Position numbers and translations under genes: made by a program
Origin: a virus
DNA: 64,000 nucleotides
IMG/VR virus record: IMGVR_UViG_3300024988_000067
Direction: 5' to 3' (one strand)
The notes under the pieces: model-generated
Seen by the model: only the letters and a program-made list of their open reading frames with translations
Database searches by the model: none
What the model was told of the DNA's origin: nothing
Shown here: piece after piece, positions 18,744-28,600 of the stretch
How the letters are laid out: each line of letters opens with the position of its first letter
Numbering within the stretch: position 1 is the first letter of the stretch

Positions 18744-19208
18744 ATGCATGCCCGCCAGCAGATCCTCGCCGCCGTCGCCGGCCTGCTCGACGCTGCCGTA
18801 TCGCCGTCATGGAAGGGCGTCTACGTCTCATCGGTCGCGCCCGGGATCAACTCGCTGCCGTGCGCGCTGGTCAGCCAGGTCAGCGAGCCCGCCGGGCCGG
18901 TGCCGAATTCCGGTTTCATCGACGGCAGCCGCCAGTGGCGCACCCTTACCCTGTCAGTGCTCTACGTCGAGCGCGCGCGCGCCAAGCCGGAGGACACCAC
19001 CGCCGCGCTCAATGCTGCCGCTGCCGAAATCGAAACCGCCGTCACCCTGACTGCGCTGCAAGGCGTGCTAGCCAACGTCAAGGCAGGCGCGCTGCAGGGA
19101 ACCGAAATCGACGAAGAGCCGGACGAATCCGGCTTCGTCGGCATCTCGGTCAGCTTCAGCTTCGAATACATGACCGAAGAAGGCGCCCCCGAAACCCTGA
19201 TTGCCTGA
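18744..19208 (+). CDS. Tail completion/terminator-like protein
   Basis: MHARQQILAAV N-terminus, size, and position before the tail tube gene. Confidence 0.55.
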   Translation: MHARQQILAAVAGLLDAAVSPSWKGVYVSSVAPGINSLPCALVSQVSEPAGPVPNSGFIDGSRQWRTLTLSVLYVERARAKPEDTTAALNAAAAEIETAVTLTALQGVLANVKAGALQGTEIDEEPDESGFVGISVSFSFEYMTEEGAPETLIA

Positions 19209-19213
19209 TCAAT

Positions 19214-19234
19214 CTGTCAAGGAATCCTTGACAG
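19214..19234. other. 21-bp palindrome ctgtcaagga-a-tccttgacag
   Basis: Perfect 10-bp arms; contains TTGACA. Confidence 0.6.
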
Positions 19235-19251
19235 CTCGTTCCACCAACCAG

Positions 19252-19276
19252 CCCGCCACCAGGCGGGTTTTTTTTT
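19252..19276 (+). terminator. Intrinsic terminator before the tail tube gene
   Basis: cccgcc-acca-ggcggg followed by a T-run. Confidence 0.7.
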
Positions 19277-19286
19277 GGAGAAAACC

Positions 19287-19952
19287 ATGTCCGTCTACCT
19301 GCCCAACGGCTCCAAGTTCTACATCGGCTCCACCTATGGCGCCGACAAAACCTACACCACCGCCAGCAACGCCAGCGAATGCGTGTTGTCGTTTGCAGCC
19401 GATCCCGCGCTCGCCACCGGCGACTACTTCCAGATCAACTGCGGCTGGGAAGAGATCGACGGCAACGTCTACCGCGTCAAGACCGCGTCAGGAACCGGGC
19501 CTTACCTGGTGACCATCGAAGGCCTCGATACCTCCAGCACCACCACGTTCCCCGCTGGCGGAGGTGACGCAGGCACCGTGCGCGAGGTCAGTACCTGGAC
19601 CGAAATCACCCAGGTCGAAACCCCAAACACCAGCGGCGGAGAACAACAGTTCATCAATTACCAGCTGCTGTCATCGACCCGCGAGCGCCGCCTACCCAGC
19701 TATCGCAACGCCCAGGGCATCCAGCTTACGTTCTTCGACGACCCCACGCTGGCCTGGTATGCCTCCGTCCTGGCCGCCAGCAACGACAGCGCCAACGACT
19801 ATGCCATCAAGGTTGATCTCAAGTCCGGCGCCAAGATCGTCTCCGCCGGCTACTGGTCGCTGCAGAAAATGCCGCAGATGGCAGCCAACACGCCGATGAA
19901 AGCCAACATCGACGTTGCCATCGTCAACGACACCGTCCGCTACGCATCGTAA
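19287..19952 (+). CDS. Major tail (tube) protein
   Basis: MSVYLPNGS..., WTEITQV...SGGEQQF...; precedes the tail assembly chaperone. Confidence 0.85.
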   Translation: MSVYLPNGSKFYIGSTYGADKTYTTASNASECVLSFAADPALATGDYFQINCGWEEIDGNVYRVKTASGTGPYLVTIEGLDTSSTTTFPAGGGDAGTVREVSTWTEITQVETPNTSGGEQQFINYQLLSSTRERRLPSYRNAQGIQLTFFDDPTLAWYASVLAASNDSANDYAIKVDLKSGAKIVSAGYWSLQKMPQMAANTPMKANIDVAIVNDTVRYAS

Positions 19953-19957
19953 AAATA

Positions 19958-19990
19958 CCGTTCGGGCTGAGCTTGTCGAAGCCTGAACGG
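19958..19990. repeat. REP-like hairpin element, copy 2
   Basis: ccgttcgggct-gagcttgtcga-agcctgaacgg, 11-bp stem with one G-U pair. Confidence 0.6.
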
Positions 19991-20018
19991 CTTAAATGGA
20001 AAACAACAAGGAATCCGC

Positions 20019-20354
20019 ATGCCCACAACGTTTCAGGTCAACCCGCAGCCAACTTTTCTCGCCACAGTCGACATCCCGGTCGCTGGCAGGGATCCGCAGC
20101 CGCTTGAGCTCCAATTCGTCCACCGCACCGTCGACGAGCTGAAATCCTTGTTCGAAACCTTCGAAGGCCGCAAGGACATCGACTGTGTCATGGATTTCGT
20201 GTCCGGCTGGAACAACGTCAGCAATGAACAAGGCGAGAAGACCGAATTCAGCCGAGAAGCCATGGATGCGCTGCTGCAGGACTACGGCCGCGCCAGCCTC
20301 GCCATCCGCAACGCCTACGTCTTCGAACTCACTGGCGCCCGCCTGGGAAACTGA
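20019..20354 (+). CDS. Tail assembly chaperone (gpG-like)
   Basis: PTFLATVDIPVAG...LELQFVHRT...VSGW; ends LGN* on a slippery GGGAAAC. Confidence 0.85.
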   Translation: MPTTFQVNPQPTFLATVDIPVAGRDPQPLELQFVHRTVDELKSLFETFEGRKDIDCVMDFVSGWNNVSNEQGEKTEFSREAMDALLQDYGRASLAIRNAYVFELTGARLGN

Positions 20355-20677
20355 AAGCGGCGGCTGCCGCCTGGTACGCCCAGCCGCCGCGATTCGATGA
20401 GGAAGAGGCCGCCCGATTCGGCCTCACCGCTGCCGACTACGCCGAAGACGAAACCCTCTTCGAGCTGTGGCCTGACAACGCCGAATCGTTCTCCGTATTC
20501 ATCGCCCTGCAAACCCAGTGGCGAATTGGCGGCATGGGTGCGAGCGGGCTGGATTACTGCGCAATCGAACCGGTGCTGCGCCTGAAGGCTATCGCCTGCG
20601 AGCGCTGGCCGGCGCTGTTCGAAGACCTGCGCGTCATGGAGCGCGCCGCGCTCAACGTAATCAACAAAAAGGACTGA
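20345..20677 (+). CDS. DUF1799-like gpT extension, reached by -1 frameshift at GGGAAAC (20345-20351)
   Basis: The -1 frame is open to TGA at 20675 and reads ELWPDNAESFSVFIALQTQWRIGGMGASGLDY; no suitable upstream ATG. Confidence 0.8.
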   Translation, partial: GKLKAAAAAWYAQPPRFDEEEAARFGLTAADYAEDETLFELWPDNAESFSVFIALQTQWRIGGMGASGLDYCAIEPVLRLKAIACERWPALFEDLRVMERAALNVINKKD

Positions 20678-20678
20678 C

Positions 20679-21209
20679 ATGCCTCTGGTGGGGATCGACG
20701 ACTTCAACAAGGCGCTGGCCGAGTTGAAGGCCGACCTGCGCAAGCGCGTCGTGCGCTCGGCGCTGCGGGCCGGCCTCAAGCCCATGCTCGAACAGGCCAG
20801 GCGCAATGCACCCGAGCTGCAAAAACCGCATCCCTACCGTATCAAGGGGCTGGTCAAATCACGCATCGTCATCACCGCCAGCCGCATCGCCACCCGCCGT
20901 GGCGAAATCGGCGTCTACCTCAAGCCGCGCGCCGCGCCTGGCGTCACCAAGGGCGCGAAGTCTCCGCTCGATCCGTTTTATTACCGATTCGTCGCTGGTG
21001 GCTTCCATGCTGTAGGCGGTCGACGCATCAAGGGTGGCCGGGTTACCCGCAAAGCCAACCTCGCCGCGCGCGTCAAGGCTGGCAAGGCACGATTTGTGCC
21101 TGGCGTCGACTTCATCGGCAATGCCTTCCGCGCCACCGCAAGCCAGGCGCTGGAGATTTTTCAGCAAAAGCTCAAGGCGCGCATCGACGCGGCCAACCGG
21201 AGAAAATAA
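20679..21209 (+). CDS. HK97 gp10-family neck/tail protein
   Basis: GIDDFNKALAEL...RSALRAG...ARRNAP...DFIGNAF. Confidence 0.75.
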   Translation: MPLVGIDDFNKALAELKADLRKRVVRSALRAGLKPMLEQARRNAPELQKPHPYRIKGLVKSRIVITASRIATRRGEIGVYLKPRAAPGVTKGAKSPLDPFYYRFVAGGFHAVGGRRIKGGRVTRKANLAARVKAGKARFVPGVDFIGNAFRATASQALEIFQQKLKARIDAANRRK

Positions 21210-23312
21210 ATGGCATTTTCAACGCTTGCCGTCGACTTCACCGCCCGCATGGCGGGGTTCGAAGAGGGCATCAACAAGGCATCGCGCGGGGTCGACCAGC
21301 TGAACAACAGGGTCAGCGCTGCGGCCGCCGGGATCAAATCGACATTTGGAACCCTTGGTATAGGCCTCGGCGTAGGTGCCTTCGCTGCCTTGGCCAAATC
21401 CGGCATCGACGCCGCCGATTCCATGAACGACCTCAGCGCGCGCACCGGCGTTGCCGTGCAGACGCTGGCCGGCTACAAGCTCGCCGCCGACCAGAGCGGC
21501 ACCAGCCTAGATGCGCTGGGACTTGGCATCCAGAAGCTGACCCTGTCCATCGGTCAGGCTGAATCCGGCAGCAAGGAGCAGGCGGCCGCGCTGAAAAACC
21601 TCGGCATCACCGCGCGCGATCCGCAGCAGGCCTTCGAGCAGCTCGCCGACGCCGTCGCCCACAGCAACGACCCGATCAAGACCAACGCCAACCTGCAGAA
21701 GCTTCTTGGCAAGAATTATGCCGAACTGCTGCCACTGTTGCAGGGGGGGGCGCAGGGTCTGCGCGATTCGGCCGCTGCGTCGAAGACCTTCGCCGAGCAG
21801 ATGGCCAAGCTTGCGCCGGATGCGGACAAGTTCAACGACAACCTGGCCAAGATGAAGACCAACGCGGCCGGCGTGGCGGCGACCATGATCAATGCCCTGG
21901 TGCCTGCGCTGAATAATGTGTTTGATCGATTCGATCGGTTATCGAAACTCGACAGCGCGACCTTCTTCGAAAAACTCACCGGCCAGATCAGCGCCGACCT
22001 GCCGTCCAGCATCGCCAACGTCAACGGAAAGATCAAGGATCTGGAAGCCGACATCGAGCGCCTCACCCGCAACTCGACTGGACAGGATTCGTCCATCCTG
22101 CCGCTGAAACAGGAACTGGCACGCCTCAAGCAACTGAAGGCAGAACTGCGCAGCGTATCGCTGGGCGAAGCGATGAAGCTCGCCGATGCGCAGTACAAGA
22201 AACCGCCGGCCGGCTATGGGGTACCTGGCACGATTCAGGCGGCCCCGGACAAGGCCGGAAAAACCCGGTCGGTATCCGACCCGCTCGCACCGTATCTGAG
22301 CCAGACCGACACCGCGCGCGCGGCTGAATACGAAAAACTGCTCGGCCTGCTCGAGGCGCGCTTCAGTTCAGGAAAGATCAAGGCTGGTCAGTACCAGGAA
22401 ACCATGGCTGCGCTGAACAAGCAGTTCGGGCGTGAAATGCTCGATCCGCTCGGCTCTGGCTCATTCAAGACGACCAACAAGGATGTTGCCGCATTCATCA
22501 AGGATCAGCAGAACTCGATCAATGAATTAAATGGCGACATCTCCAAAGAGCAGCGCGACGCGGCACAGGGCGAACTCGACCGGCTAAACGCCATGATCGC
22601 CAATTCTGACTTTGGAAAGCTTAAGAAAGATCAGGAAGACATGATCTTTCTCACCCGTGCCTTTACTGACGGGATCAAGGATGCCGACGGAAATCTGCGC
22701 AAGCTTTCCGAATCGGAATACATCCAGATCACAACAAGTCGACTCGGTCTGGCCAAAGACAAAGTAGGCGAGCTCGATGTCTTCGCCAAAAAGGCTGCCG
22801 AGAATATCCAGCAATCGTTTTCCGATTTCCTGTTCGATCCCTTCGATAAGGGGATGAGCGGCATGCTCAAGAGCTTTGGCCAGACGATCCAGCGCATGAT
22901 CGCCGACGCCGTGGCGGCCGACCTCACCAAGCGGCTATTTGGCGACCTGGTCCAGGGCGGAAGCGGATCCGGGGTGGCGGGCGGTTTGCTGAAGTCGGCT
23001 GGGGGCCTGTTCGACAACGGCGTCGGAAACGGACAAAACCTGTTCGGAGACATCGCCAGCCTGTTTGGCTTCGCCACGGGCGGCGCCTTCACGGTCGGCG
23101 GCGGCGGCGGAACCGATTCCCAGCTGGTGGCGTTTCGCGCCACGCCTGGCGAGCGGGTCGACATCCGCACGCCAGGCCAGATGAAGGATTCCGGCGGCCA
23201 CACCATCATCGTCAACGTCAATGGCGGCAACGCACCCGACGTGCGCCGCGCAGCTGCCCAGGGCGCGCGCGAGGCGCTTGGTTTCATGAGCGGAGCGCAG
23301 CGCTATGCCTGA
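21210..23312 (+). CDS. Tail tape measure protein (700 aa)
   Basis: Ala/Gly-rich helical protein; C-terminal FATGGAFTVGGGGGTDSQLVAFRATPGERV. Confidence 0.9.
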   Translation: MAFSTLAVDFTARMAGFEEGINKASRGVDQLNNRVSAAAAGIKSTFGTLGIGLGVGAFAALAKSGIDAADSMNDLSARTGVAVQTLAGYKLAADQSGTSLDALGLGIQKLTLSIGQAESGSKEQAAALKNLGITARDPQQAFEQLADAVAHSNDPIKTNANLQKLLGKNYAELLPLLQGGAQGLRDSAAASKTFAEQMAKLAPDADKFNDNLAKMKTNAAGVAATMINALVPALNNVFDRFDRLSKLDSATFFEKLTGQISADLPSSIANVNGKIKDLEADIERLTRNSTGQDSSILPLKQELARLKQLKAELRSVSLGEAMKLADAQYKKPPAGYGVPGTIQAAPDKAGKTRSVSDPLAPYLSQTDTARAAEYEKLLGLLEARFSSGKIKAGQYQETMAALNKQFGREMLDPLGSGSFKTTNKDVAAFIKDQQNSINELNGDISKEQRDAAQGELDRLNAMIANSDFGKLKKDQEDMIFLTRAFTDGIKDADGNLRKLSESEYIQITTSRLGLAKDKVGELDVFAKKAAENIQQSFSDFLFDPFDKGMSGMLKSFGQTIQRMIADAVAADLTKRLFGDLVQGGSGSGVAGGLLKSAGGLFDNGVGNGQNLFGDIASLFGFATGGAFTVGGGGGTDSQLVAFRATPGERVDIRTPGQMKDSGGHTIIVNVNGGNAPDVRRAAAQGAREALGFMSGAQRYA

Positions 23313-24177
23313 GTTTCTCGAAGAGCGCCTGCCCGTCGGCGTGCGCATGGGCGCGAGCTACGCCGACCAGTACAACGTCGAGATCACGCAAACCGCAGCC
23401 GGCAGCGAATATCGCCGGCTGGTGCATCCGTACCCGGTGCGTGTGTTCAACGTCGCCTACACGCAGCTCACGGCCGACATGTGGAACCAGGTGTTGGCGC
23501 TGTATCACCGCGCCTACGGCATGTTCTCCGGCTTTCGCGTCAAGGCGATTGACGACTACACCACCAACGCGCGCACCGCGGCGCCCACGGCCACCGACCA
23601 AACGCTGGAAGTGATCACCGCCGGCACGGTATACCAGCTGCAGACCAAGTACGGCACCGGCGGCACGCCGCTATCGATCGGTGAACCGGTGCGCACCATC
23701 TTCAAGCCCGTGGCAGGCACCACGCGCGTGGCGATCGGCACGCTGGAGCAGGGCGCGCTGATGTGGAGCGTGTCGACCACCACCGGCCGCGTCACCTTCG
23801 CCGCCAACAAGACGCGCGCGATCACCGGCATCAGCAAGGCCGCAAGCGCCGTCGTCACCGTGGGCGCGCATACCTTCGTCGTCGGCGAATCGGTGCACTT
23901 TTCCGGCGTATCCGGCATGACGCAGATCAATGGCCTGCGCGGCACCATCACGGCTATAGGCGCGACGGACATCACCGTGGCGATTGATTCCAGCGCGTTT
24001 TCCACCTGGACCAGCGGCGGCAACGTCAACACCAATCCGCAAACTGGCGAGACCGTCTACGGCGGCTGCGAATTCGATATTCCCTGCCGCTTCAACAGCC
24101 GCATCGACGTCACCGCGCTGGCGCCCGGCGTGCGCGAGACCACGCAGATCGAGATCATGGAGCTGCTTAATCCATGA
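23305..24177 (+). CDS. DUF2460-family distal tail protein with inserted FCCH-like beta domain
   Basis: MPEFLEERLP...SGFRVKA...EFDIPCRF. Confidence 0.8.
   Translation: MPEFLEERLPVGVRMGASYADQYNVEITQTAAGSEYRRLVHPYPVRVFNVAYTQLTADMWNQVLALYHRAYGMFSGFRVKAIDDYTTNARTAAPTATDQTLEVITAGTVYQLQTKYGTGGTPLSIGEPVRTIFKPVAGTTRVAIGTLEQGALMWSVSTTTGRVTFAANKTRAITGISKAASAVVTVGAHTFVVGESVHFSGVSGMTQINGLRGTITAIGATDITVAIDSSAFSTWTSGGNVNTNPQTGETVYGGCEFDIPCRFNSRIDVTALAPGVRETTQIEIMELLNP
23821..24021 (+). repeat. FCCH-like domain coding repeat, copy 1 (201 bp)
   Basis: ITGISKAASAVVTVG..HTFVVG....F.GVSGM..INGL.GT.TAIGAT...FSTWTSGG. Confidence 0.85.
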
Positions 24178-25259
24178 AATCCGCCGTCGCCGACCGCCAA
24201 TACAAGATCCATTGCCTGCGCATCGTGCCCAATTGGGGCAGCACGATCTACCTCACCGACCACCCGCGCGACCTGGTCATGGGCGCACATACCTATCGCA
24301 CCGACAGCGGCTACCAGTTCTCCGGCTACGCGAGCGAGGCCGGTATGGCGCCCGGGGTCATGGACCTCGACGGCATCGCCGGGCTGGCCGGCATCGGGCG
24401 CGACCAGATCGTCTCCGGCGTATTCGACGGCGCGCGCGTGTACTGTTTCGCCACCACATGGGTGACGCCGACCGAGGACGAGGAACCGCTGAGCGTGGCG
24501 ATCATGGGCAAGACCACGATCAAGGACGACCGCTATACCACCGAACTGATGATGCTGATCGACTCCCTCAACCAGAGCGTCGGCAAGGTCTACACCCCGG
24601 CCTGCCCCAAGACGTTCGGCGGCCAGGAATACGCCGGCTGCGGGGTAGACCTCGGCCCGCTCACGGTCACCGGCACGATCACCGCGGTCACCAGCAACAG
24701 CGTCTTCCGTGACGACACCCGCAGCGAGGATCCTGACTGGTTCGGCGAGGGCACGATCGCGTTCACGACGGGCGCCAATGCGGGCCTGAAGCCGCTGGAA
24801 ATCAAGGAATACATCGGCGTCAACAGCAAGAGCATCACCGGCATCAGCAAGGCCGCCAGTGCGGTCGTCACCGTTGGCACGCATACTTTCGTCGTCGGCG
24901 ACGTGGTCGAGTTCGCGGGCGTCTCCGGCATGGTCGAGATCAATGGCCTGACCGGCACCGTCACCGCCATCGGCGCAACCACGATCACGGTCAACATCAA
25001 CAGCACCGGGTTTTCCACCTGGACCAGCGGCGGCACTGCGGCGCTGCTGGCCGGCGGCATCACCACGCATGAGGCGTTCCATTACCCGGTGGTAGTGGGC
25101 GACGCCTACACACTGATTCCTGGCTGCCGCAAGCGCCAGGAAGACTGCCGCGACAAGTGGGAGCCTATCTTGCTGACCGGAAAAGGCAACATCGACAACT
25201 TCGGCGGGTTCTCCTGGGTGCCCACGCAGAGCACCTACAGCAAGGTGGGCGGCACATGA
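24174..25259 (+). CDS. DUF2163/BR0599-type tail hub protein with inserted FCCH-like domain
   Basis: YLTDHPRDL...FDGARV...YTPACPKTFG...GCGVDL...PGCRKRQEDCRDKW...NFGGF. Confidence 0.8.
   Translation: MKSAVADRQYKIHCLRIVPNWGSTIYLTDHPRDLVMGAHTYRTDSGYQFSGYASEAGMAPGVMDLDGIAGLAGIGRDQIVSGVFDGARVYCFATTWVTPTEDEEPLSVAIMGKTTIKDDRYTTELMMLIDSLNQSVGKVYTPACPKTFGGQEYAGCGVDLGPLTVTGTITAVTSNSVFRDDTRSEDPDWFGEGTIAFTTGANAGLKPLEIKEYIGVNSKSITGISKAASAVVTVGTHTFVVGDVVEFAGVSGMVEINGLTGTVTAIGATTITVNINSTGFSTWTSGGTAALLAGGITTHEAFHYPVVVGDAYTLIPGCRKRQEDCRDKWEPILLTGKGNIDNFGGFSWVPTQSTYSKVGGT
24834..25034 (+). repeat. FCCH-like domain coding repeat, copy 2 (201 bp)
   Basis: Same length as 23821-24021 and highly similar to it. Confidence 0.85.
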
Positions 25260-25672
25260 TCACCGCGTCCGCGATCATCGCCGCGGCGCGCGAGTGCATC
25301 GGCACGCCGTTCATGCACCAGGGCCGCATTCTCGGCCGCGCGCTCGATTGCGCCGGCGTCGCCGTGCACGCCGCGCGCAGTTGCGGGCAGGACGTGAATG
25401 AGCCCGCCGCCTACGGCCGCCTGCCCAATAACGCCATGCTCGAATGGTGGCTCGACCAGCAGCCATTCCTTGAACGCGCGGCCCAGCCCGCAGCCGGCGA
25501 CCTGCTGTTGATGCGCTTTACCGGCGAGCCGCAGCACCTGGCTGTCTACACCGGGGGGAACATCATCCACGCTTACCAGGCCGTCGGCCGCGTGGTCGAG
25601 CATATCCTCGACGACAAGTGGCGCCGCCGCATCGTGCGTGCCTACCGTTTCAAAGGAATCACAAGTGAGTAG
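25256..25672 (+). CDS. NlpC/P60 tail-associated peptidase
   Basis: GTPFMHQGR...LDCAG...GDLLLM...QHLA...IIHAY. Confidence 0.9.
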   Translation: MITASAIIAAARECIGTPFMHQGRILGRALDCAGVAVHAARSCGQDVNEPAAYGRLPNNAMLEWWLDQQPFLERAAQPAAGDLLLMRFTGEPQHLAVYTGGNIIHAYQAVGRVVEHILDDKWRRRIVRAYRFKGITSE

Positions 25673-28600
25673 CGTAGGGCAGGGCGTCGGCGGCCTCGTT
25701 GGGGGTGTAATCGGGTTCTTCATCGGCGGGCCAACCGGCGCCTATTACGGCGCACAGGCAGGCATGATGATCGGCGGCGCGATCGATCCGCCCAAGGGGC
25801 CGACGATCAATGGCCCTCGGCTCAACGATCTCAGTGTCCAGACCAGCACCTACGGCGCGCCCATCCCGCGCAACTACGGCACCATCGCGCAGACCGGCAA
25901 CGTCTTCTGGCTGCAGGGCGACAAGCTGACCGAAGTCCAGACCGTCACCGAAAGCGGCGGCAAGGGCGGCCCGGTCACCACGACCAAGACCTGGAGCTAC
26001 TACGCCACCTTTGCGGTCGGCCTGTGCCAGGGTCCGATCGATGGCGTGCGGCGCATCTGGATCGGCGGGCAGTTGTGGTACGACGCCGGCAGCGACGACA
26101 TCGCCACCATCATCGCCAGCAACCAGAAATCCGACCTGTTCACGCTCTACCTTGGCACCGACACCCAGACCGCCGATCCCCTGATCCAGGCCGACAAGGG
26201 CGTGGCCAATGTACCAGCCTATCGCGGGCTCGCCTACATTGTGTTCGACGCGCTGCCGCTGGAAAAATACAGCAACAGCCTGATGGGAGCGCAGGTCAAG
26301 GCGGAAATCATCAAGATTGGATCCCGTTCCTATGTGTCGACATCCAAGATAATCAATAATGCGGCATGGCCGCTCAATCAATGGGCCGCAGCGGCAACGC
26401 TCGACACTACCGTGGTGGCCGTTTCCCTGTCATCGAATCTGTGCGCCTATTCGCTGGACGGAAACAACTGGACAACGACATATCTTCCCAGTACGGGAGA
26501 CTGGGCATGTGTCGCATCCAAGCCCGGGCTTTTTGTCGCCGTCCAGCGAAACACAAACCAGACGGCAACCTCGCCCGATGGTATCAGATGGACGGCGGGT
26601 ACTACGCTTCCTGGATTGCCGCTTGATGCGCGCAAACTGATCTGGACCGGATCGTTTTTTTGTTTGATTTCGTTTTCAACGACACGCGTATTTATCTCTG
26701 CCGATGGCTTTAACTGGGTTGAGGGCGCGCTTCCGACGACGACATATTCATATTGGATCGATGTTGCCTGGAATGGCAGTACGCTCTGCGCGATCCAGAA
26801 AAATTCCGACGTTGCGGCCGTCAGTACGAATGGATTGACCTGGACCCAGACAACGCTGCCTGTTTCTGATTACTGGACCGCCATTGCAAGCGATGGGGAA
26901 ACCTTTGTCGCGGTCACGGGAACCAAGCTGGATGCAAAGTCCGTGGATGGCGTTACATGGACAGGCGGTTCAACCATGGTGATCACCAATGGAACGGTGT
27001 CTGGCGTTGGAACGGAGTGGAAACTGGCCTTCAATGGAAGCGCTTTTATTGTAGCGACAGGATCAAGCACAAAATATCTTATTTCCGAAGACGCCGGTGC
27101 AACGTGGACGATATTCACGGCGCAGCATACCATGTCGAGTTTCCCGGCGATCACCTCGTACAACGGAATATTCTTGTCCGTCATCGTCAACGGCGACGCA
27201 GAATTTATCTACAAGGACATGACATCGCAATCTGCGGTCCTTGGGGATATTGTCCAGACGGAATGCCTGACCAGCAATATTCTTACCGCCGGCGACCTCG
27301 ACGTCACCGAACTCACGGACACCGTACGCGGTTATCGCATCAGCCAGCTTGGCGCGATCCGCGGGGCGCTCGACCCGCTACGTGCTGCGTTCCCGTTCGA
27401 TGTGGTGCAGCATGGCTACCAGATAAAGTTTGTGCGCCGTGGCGGTGCCAGCGTGGCAAGCATTCCAACATCGTCTCTCGATGCCCGCGCGGCTGGCGCG
27501 GAGCCTGGCGTTCAGGTCACCGATGCGCGCGAAATGGATTTGATGCTGCCGCGCAAGGTGTCGGTGAACTATGTCGACGTCACGCGCGAATACGAAACCA
27601 ACCAGCAGTCCTATGAGCGCATCAACACCGATGCCATAGGCGAGCGCGCAGTCGAGATGCCCATCGTGTTCAGCGCCGCAGAGGCCGCGCAGATAGCCGA
27701 GATGCTCACCTATCTCTACTGGATGGAACGCCACGACGTCGCCTTCGTGCTGCCGCCGGAATATGACAACCTTGAGCCGGCTGACGTGATCACCCTCACC
27801 GGTACCGATGCCACCTGGGAACTGCGCCTGCTCTCCACCAACACGCTGCCAGACGGCCGCATCGAGTCTCGGGCCAAATACAACAAGGCCGCAATCTACA
27901 CCCCAGTCGCGCGAGGCGAGGAAGGCCAGTCCACGGGTGGACTTTTAACGCTGGCCGGACCGTGCGTCTATAGTCTGCTCGACATTCCGCTGATGCGCGA
28001 CGACGACGACACCGCCGGCTTTCCGGTCGCCATGGCCGGCTACCTCAGCGGCTGGCCAGGCGGCATCCTCTATCGCAGCGACGACAGCGGTCAGACCTGG
28101 ACCGACCTGCGCGCATTCGCGCCCGGCGCGGTGATCGGCTACGCCACCACCAGCCTCGCGGCTCACGGCGGAACCGTCTATGACTTCGCGTCCACGCTCG
28201 CGGTAATACTGCATTCCGGAACGCTGTCGAGCGTGACCGAAGCGCAGCTGTTCGCCGGGCAGAACTGGTTCGCCTACGGCGCCGACGGGCGCTGGGAGAT
28301 CATCGCCGCGCGCACTGCCACGCTGCAGGGAGACGGCAGCTACGTACTGCAGGATTTTCTTCGCGGCCAGCACGGAACCGAGTGGGCTACCGGCCTGCAT
28401 GCAGTCAATGACACGCTGGTCCTGCTGTCCGCCACCGCGCTGTCGTTAATCAGTGTCAACGCCAGCAGCATTGGCAGCGCCAGGACCTACCGCGCCATCA
28501 CCACCGGCAAGTCGCTCGACAGCGACACCGACCTGTCGTTCACCTATACCGGCGTCAACCTCGAATGCCTGAGCCCAGTGGCGCTCACCGGAAACCGCCA

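Larger units (their letters stand above)
1..25251 (+). repeat. Direct repeat copy A (apparently identical to 38750-64000)
   Basis: ctgccgttcgcagcgagcg at 1 recurs at 38750; ORF translations recur with offset 38749; window end aaggtgggcg matches 25242-25251. Confidence 0.98.

Noticed and set aside
8592-25082. Numerous long antisense ORFs across the structural genes (e.g. 11295-12125, 13270-14001, 24057-25082)
   Set aside because: Shadow frames typical of high-GC coding DNA opposite well-supported genes
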